NCBI GenBank assembly: GCA_964592745.1
Contig: CAZQFL010000007.1
Coordinates: 375 to 64,374, forward strand
From: an uncultured Desulfurococcaceae archaeon
GTDB lineage: Archaea; Thermoproteota; Thermoprotei_A; Sulfolobales; NBVN01
Direction of reading: 5' to 3'
DNA: 64,000 nucleotides
Shown: piece by piece, positions 19,622-30,796 of the stretch
Position numbering within the stretch: the stretch's first letter is position 1
How the letters are laid out: every line of letters begins with the position of its first letter
The notes under the pieces: generated by a model
Database searches by the model: none
What the model was told of the DNA's origin: nothing
What the model saw: only the letters and a program-made list of their open reading frames with translations
Position numbers and translations under genes: made by a program

Positions 19622-21343
19622 AAAACCAACGTCTTGCAATATTTGAAGTATCTTAATCATTTCCGAAGGATCTATCCATACATTTAATTCACCATTAATT
19701 ATTAAACCTAAGTCATTAAGGCTTATACTTTTCCTAACTCTCTTCATTATTGCCGAGGTCAGTATGAATAATTTTCGTATCCAAGGTTTATCCTCAAGTT
19801 TACTTCTCAACTTTAAGTACTTTTCAAGTCCTAATGTGACTCTTATATATCTTAGACTTATGAGCCCGCCTTCACCCTCAATACTGATTTTCTCTCCTGT
19901 GTATTCTATTTGTTCTGGTGTGGGTGGTATTATTAACTTCAATTTTCTTTCTATGAATTCATGATATATCTTTAAACGTGCAAGTAATATTTTAGAACTA
20001 TTTGCTTCGAGTAGGTCCTTGCCTTTAACGTAGGATATATAGCTTAAGTAATCATACTCGCTAATGTTTTTACGTAGAAAATCTAGGAGCCCACCTAGTG
20101 TTAATGAGATTATCATTTTAGATAATGAAGCATCAAGTTTATCTATCGTATCAAGATTTGTATGATAATATGCATCAGGCCAAAAGTTAAGCATTAAGGC
20201 TGGAATACCTAATGCTATGTATGGATCATGATCACTGCCTACACTATAACTCATTAATGAGTACCTAATATTAAAACGTTCAAGAAATCTTCTTAATAAC
20301 TTAAATATGTAGGCCTCTAGGGGGCTTAATAGTATTATTGGGGATCTAATTATGTTAAAGATCGACTTAGTTATTTCACATTTTTCACCAATCATATCTA
20401 AATTTAACGTACCAACTACTTTTCTGTCTTCCTTAATGATCTTACTATGTAGGTATGTGTAGGTACCAAAGTATTCAGGTACGAATAAGGCCTTGAGACC
20501 GTATTTTAACTTAAAACCTCCCTCCTCATAAAGTCTCTGTAGTGCAATTAATCCCTCAATTAATGATGCTGTTCCACTAATGTTATCATTAATCATGAAT
20601 CTAGGATGGCAGAAGTGCGCTATGATGTGATATTCAGGTTGATCATGACTTACTGTAATCTCAATTACAGGTAATTCAGGTTTCTCAAAATATCCTGACT
20701 CTACAAAACCCTTAACATAAACCTTAATGCCTTTCTTTAATAACCTAATTATTTTACTCGCGGTTTTTCTATCAACACTTATTGCTGGTGCCTTCAGATA
20801 CTTGATATCGCTCTCTGATGGAAATAAGTTCACGTACGGTATACCGTCAGGATTTAAATCACGCCTAAAGAATATTATAGCTTTCGCACCGAGTTCTACT
20901 AATTTGGCATAGACTTCAAATCCCTTACCATAAGTTAACGCTATACCATCTAATGGCTCATCGTAACTAAGGCCATCACCCACATATCTTACCTCACCCT
21001 CGAAATCGCCAGGCGGTGAAAAAGCCACTATACTTGTTGGGTAATGAGTGAAGTCAGCAATAACTTTCCTCTTAGGTGATGTGATCTCAGCCCTACCTCC
21101 CTTAATGTACCAACCAATTAATGATCCTAAAAACTTTGGTATCTGAGAGTAATTGAATCTTAAGTAATTAACACTAAACCTTGTTTTATCCATTAATATA
21201 TCACGTATAAACTTAGCTGCCTGTACTAACTCATTAGTACCCTGTATTCTATGATATGAGGAGAGTTGAGTAACTATATCTAAGAATTCGTTAACTATGA
21301 AATTCTCCTTAATTAATCTCCAGCTTATGACGTATCCCCTCAC
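19598..21343 (-). CDS. aminopeptidase-like (M28/DUF4910-type) protein
   Basis: CHPRFMINDNISG matches the CHP..NDN.SG signature of the aminopeptidase-like family. 581 aa. Confidence 0.6.
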   Translation of the reverse strand: MRGYVISWRLIKENFIVNEFLDIVTQLSSYHRIQGTNELVQAAKFIRDILMDKTRFSVNYLRFNYSQIPKFLGSLIGWYIKGGRAEITSPKRKVIADFTHYPTSIVAFSPPGDFEGEVRYVGDGLSYDEPLDGIALTYGKGFEVYAKLVELGAKAIIFFRRDLNPDGIPYVNLFPSESDIKYLKAPAISVDRKTASKIIRLLKKGIKVYVKGFVESGYFEKPELPVIEITVSHDQPEYHIIAHFCHPRFMINDNISGTASLIEGLIALQRLYEEGGFKLKYGLKALFVPEYFGTYTYLHSKIIKEDRKVVGTLNLDMIGEKCEITKSIFNIIRSPIILLSPLEAYIFKLLRRFLERFNIRYSLMSYSVGSDHDPYIALGIPALMLNFWPDAYYHTNLDTIDKLDASLSKMIISLTLGGLLDFLRKNISEYDYLSYISYVKGKDLLEANSSKILLARLKIYHEFIERKLKLIIPPTPEQIEYTGEKISIEGEGGLISLRYIRVTLGLEKYLKLRSKLEDKPWIRKLFILTSAIMKRVRKSISLNDLGLIINGELNVWIDPSEMIKILQILQDVGFLTLIRGP

Positions 21344-21379
21344 AATATCATAAAAAGAATTATTAAAAATTCAGTATAT

Positions 21380-21634
21380 CTAATATTGTTCTATGCCAAC
21401 CTTCTTAGAAAAATCAAATATTGTCAATGAAACGATCTTCCCGTTCTTTATTCTTACCACAATATCATTCTCTGTCAAGAAGGATTCATCCGCATCTTCA
21501 ACATCGTATCCGAAGTTTATATATAATATATCGTTTTGTCTATCGTATTCCAACCATATATGTTCTACGTCTGCTATCATTAACTCCCTCTTAGTACTGT
21601 TACCACTTCTTTCCTTTACCATTACCATCACCAT
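21380..21634 (-). CDS. DUF2283-like small protein
   Basis: YDRQNDILYINF...VVRIKNGKIVSLTI pattern. 84 aa. Confidence 0.55.
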   Translation of the reverse strand: MVMVMVKERSGNSTKRELMIADVEHIWLEYDRQNDILYINFGYDVEDADESFLTENDIVVRIKNGKIVSLTIFDFSKKVGIEQY

Positions 21635-21644
21635 ATTCCATCAT

Positions 21645-22910
21645 TTACTCAGTCCCTAATTGCCAACTACTCAAATATTTCTTCTGCTCTTCCGTAAGTT
21701 CATCTATCTCTATATTCATGGACTTAAGCTTAAGTCTAGCAATCTCCTCATCTATCTCCCTTGGCAACACGTATACCTTCCGCTTGAGCTTATCTCTATT
21801 CCTCATGATATAGAGAACAGCGTATGCTTGATTAGCAAAGCTCATGTCCATGACTTCACTAGGATGACCCTCAGCTGCTACAAGATTTATAAGTCTACCT
21901 TCAGCAAGGAGGTAAAGCTTCTTGCCGTTTGGTAACTCATACTCTGTCACATAATTACGTATGATTCTCTTACTCCTAGATATTTTTTCTAAATCATTAA
22001 CGCTTACTTCAACATTGAAGTGGCCTGCATTAGCTAGTATTGCTCCATCCTTCATGAGTATCATGTGCTCAGCTCTAATGACATCTTTGTTTCCTGTTGC
22101 AGTTATGAAGATATCACCTATTTTTGCAGCTTCTCTCATAGGCATCACTTCAAAACCGTCCATAACGGCTTCAAGAGCCTTAATAGGGTCCACCTCAGTA
22201 ACTATTACTCTAGCACCCATACCTCTAGCCCTCATAGCAATACCCTTACCAACCCATCCGTAACCAGCAACAACAACAACCTTACCTGCTAGTAAGATAT
22301 TTGTCGCTCTAAGAATTCCGTCAATCGTTGATTGACCAGTACCGTATCTATTATCAAATAAGTACTTCGTTAATGAATTATTAACTGCAATTACAGGGTA
22401 TAGTAATATTCCTTCACGTTCCAATGCTCTTAATCTTATTACACCTGTAGTTGTCTCTTCAGTACCTCCCCATACACCTTCACCGATCCTTCTTAATTTA
22501 CTATGTATGTAAGCGTGAAGATCAGCACCATCATCTAGTACTATATCAGGTTTAATTGAGGCTATACGTTCAATACACCAGTAGTATTCATCTGAAGTCT
22601 CACCCCTCCAAGCAAATACGTGAGCACCCTCCTCAACTAGTGCTGCTGCAACTTCATCTTGCGTTGATAGGGGGTTACTACCAGCAAGCCATACCTCAGC
22701 ACCACCAGCAATTAAGGTCTTAACGAGTACTGCTGTCTCCTTAGTTACATGGAGTACTGCAGAGATCTTAATGCCACTTAAAGGCTTCTCCTTACTGAAT
22801 TTCTCCCTGATATGCAATAGAACAGGCATATGCTTTTCTGCCCATTCTATCTGAATCTTACCTTCCTTTGCTAGACTTATATCTTTAACCTTAAACTCCA
22901 CATTCATCAC
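21645..22910 (-). CDS. ahcY: S-adenosyl-L-homocysteine hydrolase
   Basis: [16 protein letters not shown], the NAD loop [10 protein letters not shown] and GHFNVE motifs. Confidence 0.95.
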   Translation of the reverse strand: MMNVEFKVKDISLAKEGKIQIEWAEKHMPVLLHIREKFSKEKPLSGIKISAVLHVTKETAVLVKTLIAGGAEVWLAGSNPLSTQDEVAAALVEEGAHVFAWRGETSDEYYWCIERIASIKPDIVLDDGADLHAYIHSKLRRIGEGVWGGTEETTTGVIRLRALEREGILLYPVIAVNNSLTKYLFDNRYGTGQSTIDGILRATNILLAGKVVVVAGYGWVGKGIAMRARGMGARVIVTEVDPIKALEAVMDGFEVMPMREAAKIGDIFITATGNKDVIRAEHMILMKDGAILANAGHFNVEVSVNDLEKISRSKRIIRNYVTEYELPNGKKLYLLAEGRLINLVAAEGHPSEVMDMSFANQAYAVLYIMRNRDKLKRKVYVLPREIDEEIARLKLKSMNIEIDELTEEQKKYLSSWQLGTE

Positions 22911-22975
22911 CAGATTAATGAATCCATCAATACAAAAAAGTCTTCTTTATGAATAATTCTAACCTAATAAATGAA

Positions 22976-23941
22976 TTACCCGTTAAATAACCTGGTACTA
23001 AAGTACCTCGCAGCATAGTCAGGAAGTACTGTAACTATTTTTGATTTAACATTTAACCTGCTTCGGTATTTTCTATAAGCTTTTATGGCAGCTACAACAT
23101 TAGCTCCTGAGGAAATACCCACTAATAATCCCTCTTTTCTAGCAAGTTCCTTAGCCATATTTATAGCTTCACTACTAGACACGGTTATGAAGTCATCTAT
23201 AAGACTTTTGTATCTCCTAATTATCTCAGGTACGAAACCATCACCCACACCCTCAATCTCGTGATCTCGTGCTTTACCTTCTACGCCCCTATGAAACCAC
23301 TCGTAGGTTACTGGTGACTCAGCTGGTTCAGCACCAACAATAATGACTGACGGGTTAACCTCTTTTAACCTCTTAGCAACGCCAATTAAAGTACCCCCAG
23401 TACCTATATGGGCTACAAATAAGTCCACTCTACCAAGCTGTTCAATAATTTCTTTACCCGTAGTCTCATAGTGTGCCCTTACATTAGTTTCTAGTTTCCA
23501 TTGATCAATGAGGTAATATTTTTTAGGTTCCTTCTTAACTAATTCATAACCATATCTTAGAGCGTCATGTAATTTACTGGCGCCTCCACATACTTCAATT
23601 ACTTCAGCACCTAAGAGCTTAAGTAGTTTGATTCTTTCATTACTTAGTTTTCCTGGTATTATTACCGTAACCTCATAGCCTAAGTAGTTAGCTATAGCTG
23701 CTATAGCTATACCTGCATTACCTGATGTTGGTATAACGACTTTCATTCCCTTCCTTAACTCACCCTTCTCTTCGGCTTCCTTTAATATGTAGTAAGCCAT
23801 TCTATCCTTAATACTGCCAGTTAAGTTCATGAACTCACACTTTGCCCATACCTCAGCCTTGATGTCGCTCGGTATTACTTTACTTAGTTTAACTATAGGT
23901 GTATTACCTATTAATTCCAAGGGTGATTTAGCAATCCTCAT
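22976..23941 (-). CDS. PLP-dependent cysteine synthase / cystathionine-beta-synthase family enzyme
   Basis: IGNTPIVKL, the lysine motif GSIKDR, SGNAG and GTGGT. Confidence 0.85.
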   Translation of the reverse strand: MRIAKSPLELIGNTPIVKLSKVIPSDIKAEVWAKCEFMNLTGSIKDRMAYYILKEAEEKGELRKGMKVVIPTSGNAGIAIAAIANYLGYEVTVIIPGKLSNERIKLLKLLGAEVIEVCGGASKLHDALRYGYELVKKEPKKYYLIDQWKLETNVRAHYETTGKEIIEQLGRVDLFVAHIGTGGTLIGVAKRLKEVNPSVIIVGAEPAESPVTYEWFHRGVEGKARDHEIEGVGDGFVPEIIRRYKSLIDDFITVSSSEAINMAKELARKEGLLVGISSGANVVAAIKAYRKYRSRLNVKSKIVTVLPDYAARYFSTRLFNG

Positions 23942-24033
23942 ATGAGGTCAGTATACTTATTCAGTCAAACCTTAAAGCACTTAAGATGTAATAACCTACG
24001 TAAAGAATTTAAATACCTAAGCATAAAAACACC

Positions 24034-24085
24034 GTGGTGAGCCTAACCTCCGACACTGAACTATGATGACGCCCTGCGATGGTGA
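24034..24085 (+). ncRNA. candidate C/D-box sRNA
   Basis: GC-richer island in an intergenic gap. Layout is GUGGUGA (C-like) - 15 nt - CUGA (D') - 3 nt - AUGAUGA (C') - 12 nt - GUGA (D-like). The internal C'/D' pair is perfect; the terminal boxes are degenerate. Confidence 0.35.
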
Positions 24086-24146
24086 TTTAACTTTAATCTT
24101 AACACCCTAATATACAATACTTAATTAATCATACGTAGTAACTGAT

Positions 24147-24974
24147 ATGGGACTAAAATTGAAAGTTAATATTGGATTGGTACAATTAGAAGTACGTGAC
24201 GGGGATATAGAGACCAATATTAGTAGAGGTATTAACTACATTACCAAGCTAGCGGAAAGTAACAGTGATTTAATAATCGCACCTGAGCTATGGCCAACAG
24301 GGTACAATAAGGAATCAATTCTTAAATTCAGTAGTAATACTAGGAAGCATGAGGAACTAATAGATATACTCAAGACGATATCTAATAAGTACAAGTCAGT
24401 GATTGTGGCACCAATGCCTGTGAAGGAAGATGATAGGATATATAATGCTGCAGTAGTGATCTACAAAGATGATATCATCGCCATATATAAGAAAATACAT
24501 CTATTTAGGTTGTTCCATGAGGATGATATTTTCACTAAGGGTGATGATGTAACCTTAGTTCATGTTAAGGGATTTAATTTAGGGTTAGCTATATGTTATG
24601 ATTTACGATTTCCGGAACTCTTCAGGATATTATCGGCTAAAGAAGCGCATATCATAGCTATACCGGCATCTTGGGGAGCTCCAAGAGTTAAGCAATGGAG
24701 TACCTTACTTAAGGCCAGAGCTATTGAGAATCAGGTATATGTTGTAGGAGTTAATAGAGTTGGCTATAGTAAGGAAGTTAAAGAGGACTTTCCAGGTAAT
24801 TCATGCGTCATTGACCCATTAGGCGATGAGGTTGTTTGTTTGGGTAAGCATGAGGAAGCTGTTAACATAATTATAGATTTAGATTACATAAAAAAGGCTA
24901 GGTCATATCTACCTCTCTGGAGTGATCGTAGAGTAGATCTATACTCTCTAAGAAGTAAGTGGGGTCTTTACTGA
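24147..24974 (+). CDS. carbon-nitrogen hydrolase (nitrilase superfamily)
   Basis: Elements of the Glu-Lys-Cys triad are present (PELW, YKKIHLF, AICYDLRFPE). Confidence 0.85.
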   Translation: MGLKLKVNIGLVQLEVRDGDIETNISRGINYITKLAESNSDLIIAPELWPTGYNKESILKFSSNTRKHEELIDILKTISNKYKSVIVAPMPVKEDDRIYNAAVVIYKDDIIAIYKKIHLFRLFHEDDIFTKGDDVTLVHVKGFNLGLAICYDLRFPELFRILSAKEAHIIAIPASWGAPRVKQWSTLLKARAIENQVYVVGVNRVGYSKEVKEDFPGNSCVIDPLGDEVVCLGKHEEAVNIIIDLDYIKKARSYLPLWSDRRVDLYSLRSKWGLY

Positions 24975-26435
24975 ATGTTTAATAAAAAAATAAAAATAAG
25001 GTTTATTGAAATTATAGTGGTTACATTAGTAGTTACTGCATTCATAACCTACGAGATATCTTATGTTAGTGGTATAGACGACTATATATCTGATGAGTGC
25101 TGGTATGTTAGTGCTGCACGTAATATTTTAAGAAAGATATTCAACGTAACACCAAAGTTCACAAACGAGAATATTACTATAACCATAGAAATTGTAAGCC
25201 CCATTGATAATGAGCAGTATAGTAATTGGTTATATGATTTAAAGAACTTTGTTACTTATGGTTTAAAGGGTAAAGTGCTAAAAGATGAATCTTACTATGT
25301 ATATAATGATCAAGGAAATTACTTACCTGCTTTATGTGTTGAGATACCTAAGGAGAACCTTAAATTTGTACATCTAGCACCACATGAAAAACAATATGCT
25401 GTTGGTTACTGCTATCCCAACGCTAATGGAGTGCTTGATTACTTAAACCTAGAACACCCTCCTTTAGTTAAGTACGTAATAGGCTTAATGCTGTATTTAG
25501 TGGGTGATAAACCAATTCTATGGAGAATTCCATCAATAATATTAGCGGCTGCCATACTAATACTAATGTATCTATCAATTAGAAAAATAATACCTGAAAC
25601 CAATACTGCGATAGTTCTTGGAGTTATAGCTATGTTAGTTACGATATTTGATATAACGTTTAGATCATTAAGTATGGTTGCTATGCTAGATATATATGTA
25701 GCGTTCTTTACTTACCTAACATACTATCTCGCACTTAATGGATTAATGCTTCCAGCCATAATTACCTTAGGCTTATCAGCCTCATCAAAATTTAATGGCG
25801 CTTTCCCATTCCTTGCACTCATAGCTAAGGCTATTAAGGATTTTGATTTATATAGGATTGTACTGTTTATAGTATTGATATTCATGATACCAATAACATT
25901 ATTCTTAGTATTATCCATACCATTAATTAACTACTTAGGATTTGAGACTTGGTGGGCGAACGGTGTTATAGGAGCCATAAGCTGGCATTTGAGCATAAAA
26001 ACTTTAGGAGGTCCTCCGCAATCAGCGCCTTGGGAGTGGTTTCTCGGTATTAATCCTTTCCCATTACATCTAGTTTATGATCCAAATACTGGTCAGTGGG
26101 TCGCAGACTTAATAGCTAGAGGTAACCCACCACTATACATTCTGACCTTAGTTCTCTCCATCTTCCTAATCCCTGTCTTTAAGGATTTACCTGATGAAGG
26201 ATTCACATATGTTTATACATGGTCTACGTATCTATTCTACATAGTTATATGGTTCTTAGGGGCTAGAACCCAGTACAGTTTTTATATGGTTCAACTAGTT
26301 CCATTAATGTATACATTGCTCTTCATGGAAATATGGTATCTCATGACTCCACTAAACAGGGTGCTTCAAGTGTTAAAGGCCTGGAAAGAACTCCTAAAAT
26401 CACTATTTAATGTCTTAAGTAAAATCCCTAAATAA
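24975..26435 (+). CDS. polytopic membrane glycosyltransferase, GT39/PMT-ArnT-like
   Basis: DE motif early in loop 1 (SDECWY), LEHPPLVKY, and many transmembrane helices. Confidence 0.65.
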   Translation: MFNKKIKIRFIEIIVVTLVVTAFITYEISYVSGIDDYISDECWYVSAARNILRKIFNVTPKFTNENITITIEIVSPIDNEQYSNWLYDLKNFVTYGLKGKVLKDESYYVYNDQGNYLPALCVEIPKENLKFVHLAPHEKQYAVGYCYPNANGVLDYLNLEHPPLVKYVIGLMLYLVGDKPILWRIPSIILAAAILILMYLSIRKIIPETNTAIVLGVIAMLVTIFDITFRSLSMVAMLDIYVAFFTYLTYYLALNGLMLPAIITLGLSASSKFNGAFPFLALIAKAIKDFDLYRIVLFIVLIFMIPITLFLVLSIPLINYLGFETWWANGVIGAISWHLSIKTLGGPPQSAPWEWFLGINPFPLHLVYDPNTGQWVADLIARGNPPLYILTLVLSIFLIPVFKDLPDEGFTYVYTWSTYLFYIVIWFLGARTQYSFYMVQLVPLMYTLLFMEIWYLMTPLNRVLQVLKAWKELLKSLFNVLSKIPK

Positions 26436-26559
26436 TGTATTATCTAATACATAGAAAACTCGGGTAGTGTTACTTAAAAGAATTTCGAAAATTCAATACT
26501 TGTTTATCATTTAAGGTTTTAAACGCTACACTAAATCTATCTCATGTGGTGTTTAGGGT

Positions 26560-29472
26560 ATGTCGAGGAAATACATATACTCATTCGAGGAAGGTGATTG
26601 GAGAGATAAGAAACTGTTAGGTGGTAAAGGATCATCACTAGCTCAAATGACGCAATTAGGACTTCCAGTGCCTCCAGGTTTCACAATAACTACTGAGGCA
26701 TGTAGGGAATTCTACGGACCTAAGAGAGCTGAGATAGATATGCTTATTAAGGAACTGGAGAGGAATCCCCCGCCTAAGGTTAGGGATGAGATAATAAAGA
26801 GAATATGGGAAATCATAGATAGCCTAGATTTACCTAAAGGCTTAATGGAGGAAGTCAGAAAGTATATGGAATGGCTTGAAAAGAAAACTGGGAAGAAGTT
26901 CGGCTCACCAGAGAATCCATTGCTTGTTTCAGTTAGGTCGGGTGCTGCAGTATCGATGCCTGGAATGATGGATACGGTACTTAATTTAGGTCTTAATGAT
27001 GAAGTCGTTAAAGGATTAGCCAAGTTAGCTAATAATGAATGGTTTGCTTACGACGCATATAGAAGATTCTTAAACATGTTTGGCAGAATTGTGCTAGGTA
27101 TTGAAGAGAGAATCTTTGAGGAAGAGTTCAGTAAAGCTGATGAAGAGTTTAAGAAGGAAGTTCAAGCTAAGTACCCTGACGAACTTAAAGCAATATATGA
27201 AAAATATCCTAAGTTTAGCTTAAGACTTGATGCGCAACCACCACGTGAAATAGCACCAAAGACCTGGGAGTTAGCCGTAAGATATCTTAAAGATCTATGT
27301 GAGAAGTATAAGGAGATTATAAAGAAGCATTGGGGTGAATTCCCGCAAGATCCCTGGAAGCAATTAGAGTTAGCAATTAAAGCTGTATTTAGATCGTGGA
27401 TGAATCCAAGAGCAATATTCTACAGGATAGCTAACAATATAACACCCGATATTGCAGACTGCACAGCAGTCAATATAGTAACTATGGTCTTCGGTAACAT
27501 GGGTTGGGACTCAGGTACCGGTGTATATTTCACCAGGGATCCAGCAACAGGTGAGGATAAACCTTATGGTGAATTCCTACCTAATGCACAAGGTGAAGAT
27601 GTAGTAGCAGGTATTAGGACGCCACTTAGTCTTGATGAGCTTAAGAAGACTATGCCTGAGGTCTATAAGCAATTGATCGAGGCGGGTAAGAAGCTTGAGA
27701 GATTAAATAAGGATGTAATGGATATAGAGTTTACTGTTGAGAGAGGTAAGCTCTACTTCTTACAGAATAGAGCTGCTAAGATGACTCCAGCAGCTAGAGT
27801 TAAGACAGCAGTTGATATGGCTAAGGAGGGCATATTAACTAAGGAGGAGGCAATACTTAAGGTAAGCCCTGACACCGTATTGAAGCTAATGTATCCAAGG
27901 ATTGATCCCAAGGCTAAAGCTGAACCAGTTGCTAAGGGCTTAGCTGCATCACCAGGTGCAGTTAGTGGTCAAGTTGTCTTCCACCCAGATGACGCTGTTG
28001 CTTGGGCTAGACAGGGTAAGAAAGTCATTCTAGTTAGGGTTGAGACTAAACCTGACGATGTCCATGGATTCTATGCAGCAGTAGGTATACTAACATCTAG
28101 GGGTGGAATGACATCTCACGCAGCGGTAGTTGCAAGAGCTATAGGTAAACCTGCAGTTGTGGGTGCTGAAGCTATTAAGATAGACTATGAAAAGAAGTTA
28201 TTTAGAGTTGGTGACATAGTTGTTAAGGAGGGTGACTGGATAACTATTGACGGTAACACAGGTAATGTATATGTTGGTAAAGTACCTACAATAGAGCCTG
28301 AGTTAATACCTGAATTAGAGACTCTGCTCAAGTGGGCTGATGAGATAAGAAGACTTGGTGTTAGAGCGAATGCTGATGTACCTGACGATGCAATTATAGC
28401 TAAGAAGTTCGGTGCGGAAGGCATAGGTCTATTAAGAATTGAAAGAATGTTTAGGAAACCTGAAAGACTTGAGTTACTAAGGAAGGTCATACTGGCAGAG
28501 AGTAGAGAGGAGCGTGAGGAGTATTTAAGGCAATTAGCACAAATGATTAAACCAGACTTCAAGGAGATGCTTAAGATAATGGACGGTTTACCAGTAGTTA
28601 TAAGACTTATAGACCCACCACTACATGAGTTCTTACCAGCACCTGAGGAGATACTCAAGGAGCTGTATGAGACTAGAGTAGCTTACTACACATTAAAGTC
28701 ATCAGAGGCGGTTAAGGAGGTAGCTCCAGAATTAGTGAAGAAGTATGAGGAGAGAATCAAAGAATTAGAGAACTTACTAAGAAGGGTAATAGCGCTCAAA
28801 GAACATAACCCAATGATGGGTCATAGAGGTGTTAGAGTAGGTATAACATATCCCGAGATTTACTACTACCTGGCTAGGGCAATGCTTGAGGCAGCAGCTG
28901 AATTAATTAAGGAGGGTTATCACCCCAAGTTAGAAATAATGATACCTCAGGTTAGCCACGTTAATGAGATAAGATTTGTCAAGAAACATGCGATACTGCC
29001 CGCAATAGCTGATGTCGAAAAGGAGTATGGAGTCAAGATACCAGTCAAGATAGGAACTATGATTGAGACTGTGAGAGCGTGTCTAACAGCTGCTGAAATA
29101 GCTAAGGAGGTCGACTTCTTCAGCTTCGGAACTAATGACTTAACTCAAGCAACATTTAGCTTTAGTAGAGACGATGTCGAGAATAAGTTCATGCCACAAT
29201 ACCTAGAACTGGAGATATTATCTGATAATCCATTCCAGACATTAGATATTGATGGCGTCGGCAAACTTGTAGAGATAGGTACTAAGGAGGGTAAGAGAGC
29301 TAATCCACACTTAGAGATTGGTATATGTGGTGAACATGGTGGCGACCCAAGATCTATAGAATTCCTGCATAAGATAGGACTAGACTATGTAAGTGCCTCA
29401 CCATACAGAATAGTAGTCGCTAGATTGGCAGCAGCGCAGGCAGCTATTAAGGAAAAGCTAGGTAAGCTTTAA
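26560..29472 (+). CDS. ppdK: pyruvate, phosphate dikinase
   Basis: LGGKGSSLAQM, the phosphohistidine motif TSRGGMTSHAAVVAR, and a PEP-utilising C-terminus (GICGEHGGDP). Confidence 0.95.
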   Translation: MSRKYIYSFEEGDWRDKKLLGGKGSSLAQMTQLGLPVPPGFTITTEACREFYGPKRAEIDMLIKELERNPPPKVRDEIIKRIWEIIDSLDLPKGLMEEVRKYMEWLEKKTGKKFGSPENPLLVSVRSGAAVSMPGMMDTVLNLGLNDEVVKGLAKLANNEWFAYDAYRRFLNMFGRIVLGIEERIFEEEFSKADEEFKKEVQAKYPDELKAIYEKYPKFSLRLDAQPPREIAPKTWELAVRYLKDLCEKYKEIIKKHWGEFPQDPWKQLELAIKAVFRSWMNPRAIFYRIANNITPDIADCTAVNIVTMVFGNMGWDSGTGVYFTRDPATGEDKPYGEFLPNAQGEDVVAGIRTPLSLDELKKTMPEVYKQLIEAGKKLERLNKDVMDIEFTVERGKLYFLQNRAAKMTPAARVKTAVDMAKEGILTKEEAILKVSPDTVLKLMYPRIDPKAKAEPVAKGLAASPGAVSGQVVFHPDDAVAWARQGKKVILVRVETKPDDVHGFYAAVGILTSRGGMTSHAAVVARAIGKPAVVGAEAIKIDYEKKLFRVGDIVVKEGDWITIDGNTGNVYVGKVPTIEPELIPELETLLKWADEIRRLGVRANADVPDDAIIAKKFGAEGIGLLRIERMFRKPERLELLRKVILAESREEREEYLRQLAQMIKPDFKEMLKIMDGLPVVIRLIDPPLHEFLPAPEEILKELYETRVAYYTLKSSEAVKEVAPELVKKYEERIKELENLLRRVIALKEHNPMMGHRGVRVGITYPEIYYYLARAMLEAAAELIKEGYHPKLEIMIPQVSHVNEIRFVKKHAILPAIADVEKEYGVKIPVKIGTMIETVRACLTAAEIAKEVDFFSFGTNDLTQATFSFSRDDVENKFMPQYLELEILSDNPFQTLDIDGVGKLVEIGTKEGKRANPHLEIGICGEHGGDPRSIEFLHKIGLDYVSASPYRIVVARLAAAQAAIKEKLGKL

Positions 29473-29477
29473 GAAGA

Positions 29478-29972
29478 CTATTTTCTCCTTGGCTCTAAGA
29501 ATTCCTCAACATGGGGGGTCTCTTTAACTATTCTAAATGCTATGCTAGTCATTGATCTCTTAACATACGGTATCTTTATTAACCTTTTAATGAATCTATC
29601 TAAGTCATCTATACTCTTAAAAGTAGTTATTATCGCTATGTCATACTCACCTGTAATATCGTAAACAGCTCTTACATTCTTCTCTTTAGCTAACATTTCC
29701 TCAACCTTCTCTATGTATGCACCATCAACTTGGATCAACGTTAATGCATTAATTTGATAACCTAATTTTCTGTAGTCTATTAACGTAGTAAAGCCCTTAA
29801 TTATACCTGCTTCTTCAAGCCTTCTTATACGAAATACTATCGTGCTTGGTGATTTCCCTAGAGATCTAGCTAGTTCTCTAATGCCTTCACGACCAGTTAA
29901 TGCTAATCTCCTAATTATTTCTAGGTCCACTTCATCAAGCTTTATCTCACGTTTTGTAGACATAATAAGCAC
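29478..29972 (-). CDS. Lrp/AsnC-family transcription regulator
   Basis: HTH LDEVDLEIIRRL...IRELARSLG followed by a RAM-domain pattern. Confidence 0.85.
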   Translation of the reverse strand: MLIMSTKREIKLDEVDLEIIRRLALTGREGIRELARSLGKSPSTIVFRIRRLEEAGIIKGFTTLIDYRKLGYQINALTLIQVDGAYIEKVEEMLAKEKNVRAVYDITGEYDIAIITTFKSIDDLDRFIKRLIKIPYVKRSMTSIAFRIVKETPHVEEFLEPRRK

Positions 29973-29973
29973 C

Positions 29974-30312
29974 TTAACATACTTTCGTACCAGGCTTTAC
30001 GGGAGCTTCAACAGTTAGTAAAATAGGCTTTTCTTCATCTCCACATCCAGCAGCTAAAATCATACCTTGAGACTCTAAACCCATCATTTTCTTAGGTTTA
30101 AGGTTAGCAACAACAATTACATATTTACCCTTAAATTCTTCAGGTTTGTACCACTTCGCTAACCCTGCTAATATCTGTCTTGTCTCATTACCTAAATCAA
30201 CTATTAATCTTATCAATTTCTTGGATCCTGGAACCCTCTCAGCAGATTTTACATATCCAACTCTTAGATCTATTCTACGGAATTCCTCTATATCGATAAG
30301 TTCTGAGCTCAT
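29974..30312 (-). CDS. tRNA-binding domain protein (Trbp111/CsaA/MetRS-C-like)
   Basis: FRRIDLRVGYV...SKKLIRLIVDLG...RQILAGL...ANLKPKKMMG OB-fold signature. Confidence 0.8.
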   Translation of the reverse strand: MSSELIDIEEFRRIDLRVGYVKSAERVPGSKKLIRLIVDLGNETRQILAGLAKWYKPEEFKGKYVIVVANLKPKKMMGLESQGMILAAGCGDEEKPILLTVEAPVKPGTKVC

Positions 30313-30397
30313 CTGTCCAACCCAAATTAATTAATGATCTATATGTATATTAAGTTTAGAATGTAGTAAATACATTTCACTACGATCATATTAAATG

Positions 30398-30790
30398 TTA
30401 AGTCTTTGACATGATGGGCTTAAATTTTACCACGTAAGGTATAGCACCATCAAGAGTTCTTGCTGAAGGTGCTATAGTTGCTTCCACTTCCATACCTATC
30501 TTGATATTATTGGGATCAGCGTTTATTATTTCAGACATTACTATAGCGTCTTTAAGCTTTATCAAAGCTATTATTAGCGGAGCTTCAAAGCCCTTTATAG
30601 GTACATTGAGTATTGTGTAGGATATTACTTTACCTCTTCGTGGTAGTTCTATCATTTGTAAGTTCTTAGAACCACATTTAGGACATGCACCCTTAGGTGG
30701 GTAGGCTGTAAAACCGCAGTTATTGCATTTACTTGCCATAAGCTTTATTAACCTATCTTTAAATCTCCATATACGCTGTATTGTCGTCAT
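30398..30790 (-). CDS. DUF35 OB-fold/zinc-ribbon protein (thiolase-associated)
   Basis: CNNCG...CPKCGS zinc ribbon followed by an OB fold, located immediately downstream of the thiolase. Confidence 0.8.
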   Translation of the reverse strand: MTTIQRIWRFKDRLIKLMASKCNNCGFTAYPPKGACPKCGSKNLQMIELPRRGKVISYTILNVPIKGFEAPLIIALIKLKDAIVMSEIINADPNNIKIGMEVEATIAPSARTLDGAIPYVVKFKPIMSKT

Positions 30791-30796
30791 TTCCCA

